Part shown: positions 1-12,898 of the stretch, piece by piece
Layout: each line of letters opens with the position of its first letter
Numbering within the stretch: the first letter of the stretch is position 1
From: Eledone cirrhosa
Taxonomy: Eukaryota
Assembly (NCBI GenBank): GCA_964016885.1
Contig: OZ024754.1
Location: 31,248,001-31,312,000, forward strand
DNA length: 64,000 bases
Direction of reading: 5' to 3'
The notes under the pieces: model-generated
Told to the model about the DNA's origin: nothing
Seen by the model: only the letters and a program-made list of their open reading frames with translations
The model's database searches: none
Program-made: the position numbers and the translations under genes

Positions 1-267
1 GATGATGTCACCGGATTCATAGTGAACCCGGCCATTGAAATGATCATAGTATAATAAACCTTTCAAGGATTTACACCAGTCCAGCCTCCTGTTATTTTAT
101 AATAATTAACTCCGTACTCGCACCACCAACTACACACACGAAGACGGGTGAGTTGCATTACATTGAGTGCTCTCAATAATATTACATCGAGGTTGACCAT
201 TCGGAATGACCAGTTCTATCCAGTGGTGAACCAACAAACCTAAATAAATATATATATATATATATAT

Positions 268-472
268 TAGAAAGTGAGGTTTTTATTACAAAATGAAAAA
301 TAACCGAGGTGTCCTACACGAGTGAAAGTATAAAGAAGAAAAGATGAAATCAAAAATGCAACTGGAGTCTTTTTTTATAAAAATATATTTATTTGGTTCC
401 TTTACCGGTTTCGCAGTTCTTCTGCTTTTCAAAAGTAGAGTTGAGATGAAGGGTCTGTGGTTTTTCTCACAT
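268..472 (-). mobile_element. Short PLE-derived element with a U3-A8 hammerhead motif (399-435)
   Basis: Reverse complement of 50894-51104 and embedded in (TA)n. Confidence 0.7.
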
Positions 473-902
473 ATATATATATATATACATACATACGTGT
501 GTGTATGTGTGATAGATATCTATAGTTTCTGAGAAGCAAATTTCACTCACAAGCCATTGTTCAACCTTGAGGCTCTAGAAGATACTTTCTCAAGCTGTCA
601 CACAGTGTGATTGACCTCAAAACTACATATTCTCAGAGTTTTGAATAATCATTGTCATCCCTCCTTACCCACTCTTATTCCATTAAATAAATAAATCAAG
701 ACACTTGTTGGCTGCTGAAACTAATTACTCTAATATTTCAAAGTTACTGTTAAATATTTCTGCGTAAAAAAAATATATGTCATGCTCTACACGTATGTAT
801 TGAGTGCTTTTTCAGTTGATGCTTGAATATTTTTAAGTATGATTATGCATAAAAACATATTTGAATATCTCTCTATATATATAGTATATATATATGGATA
901 TA

Positions 903-995
<93 letters not shown>

Positions 996-998
<3 letters not shown>

Positions 999-1404
999 GG
1001 AGAGATGACCCCTTAGCCTTTGTCAAGGCAGAATTCTAGGAGAAGGAAAACTCTGATATAACACCTGCAACCCTGATGGTTTCCAATGATGTTGACTTGT
1101 TCTTCTTTTTGGTAAATATCATCTTGGTTAAGAGAGTGGGACTGGCTTTGTGCAGTGCCTTTGCTCACTATAAAAGATTCACAGCACAGGCATTGCTTTA
1201 TATCTGAAGATCTCTCTGCACTTGTCATCACATGGTACCATGGGCCCAGCACTATGTGTCAATAATTGTCACAAGTGTAGTGTTTGTACCAGAGTTTTCA
1301 AGTCGCTGGCTGGACTAAAAAGTCACACTCGTTCAGCGAATTGGTAGGGGTTCTCTTACATGGATATAAAGTAGGGGCCGTACTCGAAAACGAGTTGGCA
1401 GCCA

Positions 1405-1409
<5 letters not shown>
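996..1409 (+). mobile_element. ~410 bp non-autonomous RTE-derived element (5' UTR-like head plus C2H2-coding 3' end)
   Basis: Head CTAGGAGAAGGAAAACTCTG; the 3' part encodes [21 protein letters not shown]. Copies at 17501-17920, 42282-42505 and 43711-44107; diverged relative at 43367-43690. Confidence 0.7.
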
Positions 1410-1454
<45 letters not shown>

Positions 1455-1842
1455 ATATATATATGTATATATATATATACATATATATATGTGTGTGTAT
1501 TTAGCCTATTATATAATCTGGGATATATTGCTCTATATGTCATGTCACTAAGCTAGTATTTCCCAAGGAATATATTTGCATATATGAAACTTAAAGATGA
1601 ACATTGATATGCAGAAAATATAGGAAAAGAATAAAAAAGCATACACAGAGTCTGGTGTAACATGTGACATGAATGTCTATGGAAAACCATTAATATGTAA
1701 TAAATAGAAATTTATTCCTTGAATAGTCCCAGCTAATTATAAAATTGATTAAATGTTTAATTTATGAGTCAGAAATTATCTAAAATATTCCTTTTTTTTA
1801 AGGACCTCAAAATAGGAAATAGTCTTCACAGTGAATCTTGTA

Positions 1843-2175
1843 TATGAGAGTCGACTGAAAAATTCATGGCCTGAGCAAGATACTCTCATGGAATGATAAA
1901 ATGAGGTCTATTTTTCAACATAGTCCCTTGGAAAGAAACAATGTAGTTATTAATAAGAAAAGTTGAAATTATTGCATGCAAGATTTCATAGCTCTAACAT
2001 CACTCCTTTATAGTCAGCCTATGACCAAGATACTCTCATGGAATGACAAAATGTGGTTAATTTTTCAACATAGTCCCTTGAAGAGAAACAATGTAGTTAT
2101 TAATAAGAAGAGGTGAAATTAATGCATGCAAGATTTCATAGCTCTAGCATCACTCCTTTATAATCAGCCTATAAA
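1843..2175. mobile_element. Mariner-like terminal remnant with a ~149 bp tandem duplication
   Basis: 1877-2022 repeated at 2026-2171; the start resembles a mariner TIR (inference). Confidence 0.5.
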
Positions 2176-3014
2176 CTTTTCAGCAGACTCTTGTGTATCT
2201 GTGGCAGACCTCTAAAACCCAAATGGGGAGCACCATGAAAAAATGTGCCCCAAAACGGGAAGAAATGAAGCAAAATGGGGAGGTTTTACATAATGAAAGC
2301 TTATATATATATATAAATATTGAGTCTTGACATGGTAGTGAATATGATATCATATTCACTACCATGACTGAATCTTAACCATCTACTATGTCAGGGTATG
2401 TCATCCATCATCTTATTTTATCTGATGAGGACGTACTGTTGAAGATAGCTCAGTACCTGCCAGATGTCATATATTTTCACTAGCTCTGACAGTTTGCAGG
2501 TGAACAGTGAGGTGTACTGATGAAGGGTATTACCCAGAAACATTAGTGTCTGCAGTTCTGTTTACATGCCAACACAAGAGCAAGAACGAGGGTCTCATTC
2601 TACTGACATGGCTTTAAAAATGAGGCTTGTTTGCATAATTGCAAACGAATCGAATATAATTATTACTATGGCAGTATCGGTAGAGGGTCGGACACCATGC
2701 TTTCCAGCATAGTTACGTCCCTTTACGATCTGAGTTCAAATCCCACCGAGGTTGACTTTGCCTTTCATCCTTACGGGGTCGATAAAATAAAGTACCAGTA
2801 ATGCACTGGATAATTGCTGGCCTTGTGCCTAAAGTAGAAACAATTATTAATATTCGAAATATTCGAAAAACTCAGATTACATTTATTGTATTCAACCATG
2901 TAGAGCGAAAAAATGTTTTGATTCATATACATATATATACATATGTATTTATATATATATATATAAATTAGCATGTTTCAACAGGCATAAGCTCTCCTTA
3001 TACATATATGTATG

Positions 3015-3078
<64 letters not shown>

Positions 3079-4007
3079 TTTATAAATGCTGACATGTTTT
3101 AACATATACACACATCTTTTTCAATATGTATCTCTTCATGTCTATGCATGCATATATGTGTTGTGTGTTTTTGTCATGGTTCCAGCATGATCATCTTATT
3201 GGTTCAACTGTGTGCCCTACCCCTAGTACTATCAGAGAACAAGTGACGTGTGATAGAGTTGGCCTTGAGTAGAGTGAATTAAGCTTGGCAGTATAATGCA
3301 GTGTGCGTCCATCTTTCTTGGCATGCATGGTTTGGAGAGGAAAGTTATGTATATACATGTATATATGTATGTGTGTGTGCATGTGTGTGTGTGTGTAAAT
3401 GTGTATGTGTGTGTGTGAATTCTTTTCCCCTGTTGGTATTCATCATTATGGTTGTTATATACTATAGCCAGCATACACCTGGTCTATACACGTATATCAT
3501 TTATGGTGTTTCCCTCGTATAACTTAATGTGTTCACTCTGTTGGAGGAATTAATTCTTTTCTCACATCATTGAGCACTTAGGGACTCCCTCAGATAATTC
3601 AACAGGTGTTGCCTTACTACAGCTTCAGCTTCGTTTGTCAGCCAAAATGTGATCTCTGGTGGTACACTTTTCATTTTGACTAATGAATGAAGCAGCAATA
3701 ACATCAGCTTGCTTCAGGAAACTCTACATACCTAAGAAGGTATATGTCAGGTTGTCATGTGTTTTACATAATATACCATATATATATATATAAATATTCA
3801 GTTCCCGTATGAGCAAGATAAGATCAGCCGACCGGACACTGCCCACAACAGGACAACCCGTCTAACCCATGCTAGCGTAGAAGAACGGCCGTAAAACGGT
3901 GATGATGATGATATATATACATATATATTATATTACATATATATATATATATATATATATTGATTGATTAATTGTTTATGTTTGTTTGATAACCTCTGAT
4001 TGAGTGC

Positions 4008-4049
<42 letters not shown>

Positions 4050-4056
<7 letters not shown>

Positions 4057-4800
4057 ATATTTGGGGAGGGTCATATTTGCGTAATATTGCCAGAATTAAT
4101 AACAGAACACACTCACTGTTTGGTTGGTTTTCGCTTCTCGCTGTCTTTTATATCTGCGATCTAACTTACTCGGTCCTCAATGTTGCCATTGACTGACCGG
4201 CGGTCAAAAATAATACAGATACAATATAGACACAAACACATATATATAGTTTACATAATTTACATAAATCTTTCGTTGCACATCTGCACATAAACACACA
4301 CTAGTCACCCAGCAGACACAACACTATACACACTAGTCACACATCACACATAACACTATACACACACGCAAACGCATGCGCAAAGAAGACAAAATAAAAT
4401 AAGATAAACAAACAAGCAAATAAATAAATAAATATATAGACAGACTGAACAGAAAAAAAATGGCGTAGACATACAACACAACAGGAGGAACAATGAATAT
4501 AACACCACTGACGATGTTGCAGATGTGCAACGAAAGATTTATGTAAATTATGTAAACTATATATATGTGTTTGTGTCTATATTGTATCTGTATTATTTTT
4601 GACCGCCGGTCAGTCAATGGCAACATTGAGGACCGAGTAAGTTAGATCGCAGATATAAAAGACAGCGAAAAGCGAAAACCAACCAAACAGTGAGTGTGTT
4701 CTGTTATTAATTCTGGCAATATTACGCAAATATGACCCTCCCCAAATATAACAATATCTGTTTCGACACACGATTTCATATAAAAAACCTCGCAAAACTA
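4050..4800. mobile_element. Fold-back element with ~240 bp inverted arms (4050-4288 / 4518-4756)
   Basis: The arms are near-perfect reverse complements and lie in (TA)n. Second copy at 56547-57085. HHR-like CTGACGA-T-GTTGCA-gatg-TGCAAC-GAAA at ~4508-4540. Confidence 0.8.
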
Positions 4801-5409
4801 TATATATATATATATATATATAATGGAAAAATTTGAACAGGGACAGAACAGAGAGGCAGTACAATAAATGTTTATTAATTTCACGCTCAGGAGAGTGGGG
4901 GGTAGGTGGGGGACGACGTTTCGGGCATAAGCCCTTCCTCAGGTGAGAAGTGTGTGGGAACAGAGTTCAAAGGGTGTGTAGGGGAGTGGTGGAGAGACAT
5001 ATAGCGAAAGGTAACGGTGCGAATGAAAAAAAAACAAATAAAGATAAAAAATAAAAATAAAGCATGATCAAAATACAAGGAATGAGAAAATTTAAAAATA
5101 AAGGCATGATCAAAATAAACTGAAATTAAAAGGGGGGTAAACAGGTGGTGGAAGGGTGTGGGGTGAGTAGGGGTGGTGGCGGGTGGAGTGGGGAGAGGGA
5201 GACGGGGTGTCCGAGCGGGGAGGGCTGAAGGTGGTGTGTGTGTGTAGGTGTGCGTGTGTGTGTGTGTGTGTGTATGTGAAAGTAAGGGTTGGGGGAAAAA
5301 CGGGGTTGCATGTTCAGGAAGGGGTGTGTGTGGGGGGTGTTTTTGTGGGTCGGAGTGTCTGTGCGTGTGTGGATAGGGGGGTGGGGGGAGAGGAATCAGG
5401 AGGCTGAGG

Positions 5410-5456
<47 letters not shown>

Positions 5457-5795
5457 GCACTCAACCAGAGGTTATCAAACAAACATAAACAATTAATCAA
5501 TCAATAGAATTGTCTAATTAAATTAGTCAGTTAATCGTTAATTCTAGGAGTTAAAATACAAATTTTAATACAGCATTAACGAAGCTTTTGGTTGCAGCCA
5601 AGCTAACGAATGCAAATTCGGTATGTAGATATTCATATATATAACTAAACTAGCAGACATAAAATATTTCTGTCCTATGCAGATTGACATTTGAAACCTT
5701 AAGTAGCAGACATTTGTATTAAGATCTTATAAATGTAATACATTTTGTACATTACATAGAGCACTTTTTTATTTGATTTATATGTATCTTGTATA

Positions 5796-6140
5796 TCATC
5801 ATCATCATCATCATTTCATTTTACGTCCGCTTTTCCCTGCTTGCAAGGGTGCGACGGGAACTGATTTTTGGCTTGGTTTCTACAGCTGGATGCCCTTCCT
5901 AACACCAACCTCATTTACAGTGAGTGCTGGGTGCTTTTTTTCCGTGGCACCTGCACGACCACTTTACAGTGGAATGATAGGGACCCCAGTCCCTATCATC
6001 TCATTTCTCCAGCTGAGTAAACTGGAGCAATGTGAAATAAAGTGTCTTGCTCAAGGAAACAACACATCACCCGGTCTGAGAATTGAACTCACAACCTCTC
6101 GATTGCTAGCCCAATGCTCTAACCACTAAGCCATGTGCCT
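5796..6140 (-). mobile_element. SINE family A
   Basis: Near-identical reverse complement of 18672-19018. Confidence 0.9.
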
Positions 6141-6167
6141 ATCACATGTATATGTATCATACATATA

Positions 6168-6200
<33 letters not shown>

Positions 6201-6301
6201 ATACATATATACACATGTTCACCCTCTGTTAATGTATTGAGTACCTTATTTACTGTGGTTACCCTCAATTTAACCCGGGGTCTCTCTCTCTCTCTCCCTC
6301 G

Positions 6302-6341
<40 letters not shown>

Positions 6342-6374
6342 CTCTCTCTCTCTCTCTCTCTCTCAGTCTCTCAG

Positions 6375-6471
<97 letters not shown>

Positions 6472-6826
6472 TGTGTGTGTGTTATCTTTTTATGTGTCTA
6501 CGATTTAGCAAGCAGCCAAAATTCTGCTTGCTTCAACCGACACTGTCGTGTGTTTGTGTGTATGTGTGTGGTGTGTGTGTGGTGTGTGTGTGCGTGTGTG
6601 TGTTGTCTTTTTATGTGTCTACGGTTTAGCAAGCAGCCAAAATTCTGCTTGCTTCAACCGACGCAAGTGATCAACTCAAGGTTCTATAACGCATGCACAG
6701 ACCCTTCGCCCCTGACACATCCATGTGCATATGTACCCACATCTCATTTACATAAGTGATTTGATAGATGTCTACGGTGAGACAGATGATGATGATGATG
6801 ATGGTGGTGATGATGATTAATGGTGG

Positions 6827-6857
<31 letters not shown>

Positions 6858-7589
6858 AATGATGATGATGATGGTGGTGGTGATAATGGTAATGGTGATG
6901 GTAATGATGATGGTGATGATGATGGTGGTGGTGATGATGGTGGTGGTGATGATGGTAATGATGATGGTGATGATGATGGTGGTGGTGATGATGGTAATGA
7001 TGATGGTAATGGTGATGGTAATGATGATGGTGGTGGTGATGATGGTGGTGGTGATGGTAATGGTGATGGTGATGATGATGGTGGTGGTGATGATGGTGGT
7101 GGTGGTGATGGTGGTGGTGATGGTAATGATGATGGTAATGGTGATGGTGATGATGATGGTGGTGGTGGTGATGGTAATGGTGATGGTGATGATGGTGGTG
7201 GTGATGGTAATGGTGATGGTGATGATGATGGTGGTGGTGGTGGTGATGGTGATGAGGATGATGATAACCGTGGTAGTGGCAGTGGGGCTGGTAATGGAGG
7301 TTGCAATGGTGACGACAATAGTGATGGTGATGATGGGGTGGTGTTGATTATAATGGTGGTGGTGGTGGTGGTGGTGGTGGTGAAGAGGTTGACCCACAGC
7401 CATTATCAGAAGGAGGATCTTAAAGTTAGTTGATCATAATGAGATGTGTCAGGAGAGGGGAGGGTGGGGTGAGGGGGAGAGGGGTGTGGGAAGAGGAGAG
7501 ATAGTGAGTGGGAAAGGGGATAGAGAGGGGGGAGAGAGAGGGAGAGAGGAGGAGAGAGGGGGAGAGAGGGAGAGGTAGTGTGTGAATGA

Positions 7590-8180
7590 GAGAGAGAGAG
7601 AGAGAGAGAGAGAGTTAGAAAATGAGAGGGAAAGAGAGAGAGAGAGTTAGAAAATGGGAGGGAGGGAGAGTTAGAAAATGAGAGGGAGAGAGAGAGAGAG
7701 AGTTAGAAAATGGGAGGGAGAGAGGGGGAGAGAGAGAGAGAGAGTTAGAAAATGGGAGGGAGGGAGGGAGAGGGGGAGAGAGAGAGAAAGTTAGAAAACG
7801 GGAGGGAGGGAGGGAGAGAGAGAGAGTTAGAAAATGAGAGGGCGAGAGAGAGAGAGAGAGTTAGAAAATGAGAGGGAGAGAGAGAGAGAGAGAGTTAGAA
7901 AGTGTGAGTGAGAGCAAGAGAGAGAGAGAGAGAGAGAGAGAGAGTTAGAAAATGGCAGGGGGAGAGAGAGAGAGAGTTAGAAAATGGGAGGGGGGAGAGA
8001 GAGAGTTAGAAAGTGTGAGTGAGAGCGAGAGAGAGAGAGAGTTAGAAAATGGGAGAGAGAGAGAGAGAGAGAGAGTTAGAAATGGGAGAGAGAGAGAGAG
8101 AGAGAGAGTTAGAAAGTGTGAGTGAGAACGAGAGAGTTGGAGTGAGAGAGAAAGAGCTAGAAAGTGAGAAAGAGAGAGTG
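7590..8180 (+). repeat. Compound (GA)n-GTTAGAAAATGGG minisatellite
   Basis: Recurrent GTTAGAAAATG anchor separated by variable GA tracts. Confidence 0.85.
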
Positions 8181-8487
8181 GGGGGAAGCTTGACACATGA
8201 TTTTCAAATGACAGTCATTTGGCTGCAAGGAAACTTGCAGCTTCATGTCCCTTGTGGGCGGCAAAACTGTAAATGGCTTCTTGTACTTCGCACAATTAGC
8301 GCATTTTACATACATATATTGATAGATATACGTATATACATATATACACATATGTATACATCTTTGTGTGTGCATCATCATGTATATATATATAAATATT
8401 TATATATATACTCCACTCTCAAGAGCGTGAAACTAATAAACCTTTGTTCGTACTGCCTCTCTGTTTTGTTCCTGTTCCATTTTTCAC

Positions 8488-8563
<76 letters not shown>

Positions 8564-8572
8564 TATATATAT

Positions 8573-8614
<42 letters not shown>

Positions 8615-8680
8615 GTGTGTGTGCTCATTATGTATATATATATATATACATATATTTATATATATATACACATATATGTT

Positions 8681-8717
<37 letters not shown>

Positions 8718-8883
8718 ATCACCATGTAAATATATACATACATATATTTATGTATATATATTGTATATATATGGATGTGTGTGGTTGGGGGTATGTATCC
8801 CTTGGGGATATACACACACCCATGTGCATATTTATAAATATACATGCGTGTGTGTATATACATATACACACACACACACACAC

Positions 8884-8965
<82 letters not shown>

Positions 8966-8997
8966 CGTCTGTGTGTAAGCATTTAAATCTACTCATA

Positions 8998-9088
<91 letters not shown>

Positions 9089-9344
9089 TATATATACTTA
9101 ATATATATATATATATATGTAAATGAAATCAAAGAATGCCTACATACTCATACAATTTTTATTCATACCGTGGGGCAGGAATCATCAGAGCTTTATAAAC
9201 AAAAATATAGTGCTGAGTATAAGCTCTACCAAGCTTAGTCACACAAACATTAGATATACAGTACAGGATAATGAGGGGGAGATTGGAAATGGAAAGGATG
9301 GAGAGAATGCGTAATGGCGTTGATATTCAACATTACAGCTACAT

Positions 9345-9690
9345 ATGAGGCAGAAGGAATATTCAATTTGTTGGTAATTCAACAAATATAAATGTTTATA
9401 ACTGATTCAGAGCACTCGACAGATTTTCTGGAGTATAATATTCAATGATATTAAATAAATAGAAACCATATTTATAAAACCATATTTATTCTATTATATA
9501 TATTTCAAGGGTACCAAAACTTTGGTACGCTCTCATCAGATAAAATACAAAGTTTGTTTTATAAATATTGACATAACCAAGAAAAGATACCTTAACAGTT
9601 CAATTTTTCTTAGATAGTCTATCCAAGAAAAACTTGAACCGTTAAGGTATCTTTTAAATATAGTTTCCATTTGTTTAATATCATTGTATA
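9345..9690 (-). mobile_element. Short PLE-like element with a hammerhead (9491-9543) and an internal palindrome (9582-9655)
   Basis: The - strand reads TTAT-CTGATGA-GAG-C-GTACCAAA..TTTGGTAC-C-CTT-GAAA-TATATA-TA-ATAG. Related to 31300-31425, 34757-34885 and 54100-54396. Confidence 0.7.
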
Positions 9691-9702
9691 TATATATGTA
9701 TA

Positions 9703-10121
9703 TATATAAGAACAAAAGATGGTTAAAAGAGTTCCATGTATTTTATTATGCGCATTTCAAAAACAAATATCATCATGCAATAATATTTGTGTTTTCATCA
9801 GATAAAACAGGAAGACATGATATGAAGGTTAAAAAACACTTGTGGATAGTTCAGTTTTAAATCAATATGTTGATTTAAAACTCAACTATCCACAAATGTT
9901 GTTTAACCTTCATATCATGTCTTCCTGTTTTATCTGATGAAAACACAAATATTATTGCATGATGATATGTGTTTTTGAAATGCGCATAATAAAATACATG
10001 GAACTCTTTTAACCATCTTTTGTTCTTATATATTATGTATACTCCAGTCCTACAAACTGTAGAGTGCTTCTTATCCGATATCTGCATTGCTTTATTGTAC
10101 TACAATAAAACTCACCTCCTA
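9703..10121 (+). mobile_element. Fold-back non-autonomous PLE-like element with a hammerhead on each strand
   Basis: ~165 bp inverted arms centred at 9867/9868. HHR at 9928-9994 (+) and 9741-9807 (-): TTTTAT-CTGATGA-stemII-GAAA-TGCGCA-TA-ATAAAA. Confidence 0.8.
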
Positions 10122-11210
10122 CATATATATATATATGTATAATATATATATTGCATTCATTGGCTTAGCTGTGGCTCGAGCTTCAACTATGCTGTATTTC
10201 CATTTGTATATATATATATCTAAACTATAATAAAGGAAAGTCTGCGGGACTGCGTATGGTTTTTTTTTTTTTTATCCCGTTTGCAAAATAAGTTGGATTA
10301 CTTTGAATAAATAATTGTTTCTACTTTAGGCAAATTACCCAGTGCATTACTGGTACTTTATTTTATCGACCCCGTAAGGATGAAAGGCAAAGTCAACCTC
10401 GGCGGGATTTGAACTCAGATCGTAAAGGGATGCAACTCTATGCTGGAAAGCACGGCGTCCGACCCTCTACCGATACTACGGCAGTGGATTAGTAGAATTG
10501 GCAGAGGATCGGGCAACAAGCTTTGCAGCATACAGCTATGTTGCTTTACATTCTCAGTTGAAATCCCACAGACGTTAGCTTTGTCTTTCAGCTTTACGTA
10601 GTCAAAAAATAAAGTACCAGTAATGCATTGGGGTTGATTTATTTGACCTTCCCTTCAAATTGCTAGCCTGGTGCCAAAAGTAGAAATAATTATTATTGTC
10701 ATTATCACTATCACCACCTTTGAATAAATAATGAATGAATATTACATAATTTATCTACTAAATTTCTTAAACAAAAATAATTTCGTAAAATTAAATAATT
10801 TAAAATTAACTTCTTTTCAAAGTTGCACTTCCGGTATATTGTTGCCACCATCACCACTTCAACTACCATATATATTTAGAAAGAGAGAGTGAGTGATGTC
10901 AACACTTCCGGTGGTGATTGCTTAAATGAACATACTAATTTTCTGTCACTAATTTTCTCTTAATGCAGTTTATATTTAATATCATCTTTTTTTAATGAAT
11001 CATGGATTATGTTAGTGATTACATAAGACAGTGTAACAACGTCTTCATTCAATTTCTGTTTATATTGTCAATTACAATTTTATTTGATGTATCATATCTA
11101 CATGTATATATACTTGCGTATAATATCAATATACACACTACACATGCTAGCAGAAAACCACCCAAAAGGTGGTTTTTCTGCTCGTATATATAATATATAT
11201 ATATATATAT

Positions 11211-11537
11211 TTCCATGTGTCTAACACACGTGGGCATGCCCACAAAGTCAGAAAATAGCACAGCTCCCATGATTTTCGGAAACATTTTTTCACGCTCAGA
11301 GTTGCTGAAGCATAGAACAAACTACCTGCATCAGTTATTAGCTGTCGAGACCTCCATGCTTCCTGAGATTCGCCAACACTACACCTAATATTCCCCCTCC
11401 ATACACATGCACACATGTATATCATGACTCATACACTATTCACTTCCCTGACATTTGTACATTATTCTATGTACTATACATGCACCTTTGACGAGTTGTA
11501 GTGCACCTGAGCACTGTACACAATAATTTCATTATTA
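11211..11537 (+). mobile_element. CR1-like LINE 3' end
   Basis: Decayed frame TRGHAHKVRK..DFRKHFFTLRVAEA*NKLPASV; 3' UTR ending in (ATT)n. Copies at 15742-15925 and 52636-52812. Confidence 0.8.
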
Positions 11538-12114
11538 TATATATATATATCATCATCATCATCATTGATTAACATCCATCTTCCACGCTAGCATGGGTTA
11601 GATGGGTACTATTTTGAGGCAAGTTGTGTCCGGTGACCATGTCTCGCCCATATAAGGCTGTTTCTGGCTGGTTTTCTATGGTTAGATGCCCTTCCTAACG
11701 CCAACCACATTTACAGTGTAGGCTGGGTGCTTTTTGCCGTGTCTTTTACACATCCCCTTTACATATATATATATAATATATGATATATATATATTTATAT
11801 ATATATATATCATCATCATCACCGTTTAACATCTATTTTTTTAACATCTATTTTTCCACACTGGCATGGGTTAGACGAGTTATCCTGTTGTGACCATGTC
11901 ATGCTCATACAGAACCTATATATATATGTATCATCATCATCATCATCCTCATCATCATCATCATCATCATCGTTTAACGTCTATCTTCCCCGCTAGCATG
12001 GGTTTAGACGGGAATTGTCCCACTTGAGGCAAGATTGGTTGTCTTGCTCATATAGGACTGTCTGGCAAGTTTTCTATGGCTGGATGCCCTTCCTAACACC
12101 AACCACGTTTACAG

Positions 12115-12147
<33 letters not shown>

Positions 12148-12344
12148 ATGTAAAGGGTAAACAGAAATAACAATGCAATCGGTACAGTATATGGAAAGAA
12201 TATATTAGGTTAACGCTTGAAATAGCAGGAAGAGAGTCTTAACGTTTCGAATGCTAGTCCTTCATCAGAAGAAAGAATGAGAAATAAGATAGATTGAGGG
12301 GACGGGTGGGGTGGATAAGAATAGAATGAAAAAAGTTTAGAGAG

Positions 12345-12864
12345 CTACTCCGTCAGTTGACAACCAAAGAAATCTCCCTGCATACAAAAGGACGACTCTA
12401 TGACGCCACATGTGTGTGAAGTGAAATGCTGCATGGTAGAGAAATACTGGTTGTGACTGCAGAGGACTGCATTCATGCTTTGTTGGATGTGCAATGTAAA
12501 TGTGAGAGAAAGGTAGAATTTGGATGAACTGAGGGAGAAACTGGGTTTAAGAGGAATCAGAAGTGGGGTGCAAGAGAGAGTGGGGTGCAAGAGAGAGTGG
12601 GGTGCAAGACTGCATTGGTACAGACATGTGATGCATATGGGTGATGATCGCTGGGTGAAGAAGTGGCATGCAATCCCAGTGGAAGGGAGCTGCAGTAGAG
12701 GTATACCAAGGAAGACCTGGGCAGAGGTGGCAAGAGCTGATCTCAAATCACTGAGACTCACAGAGAAGATGACGAAGGAATGCAGCAGCTGGAAAGATGA
12801 TATGCTGAGAAGGACCTTTCCAACCCATGCAAGCGTGGAAAATCAGATGTAGGAACAATGATGT

Positions 12865-12898
<34 letters not shown>
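12345..12898 (+). mobile_element. Degenerate RTE 3' fragment
   Basis: ELREKLGLRGI..RLHWYRHVMHM..G.PRKTW followed by a (GAT)n tail. Confidence 0.8.

Noticed and set aside
3590-3740. Possible exon
   Set aside because: Stops in all three + frames between the candidate splice sites.
10826-10912. Paired CACTTCCGGT (ETS-like) motifs as a promoter; also duplicated CGTAAATCACATGATAATTCT at 28278-28325
   Set aside because: Suggestive, but short motifs alone cannot support a promoter call.
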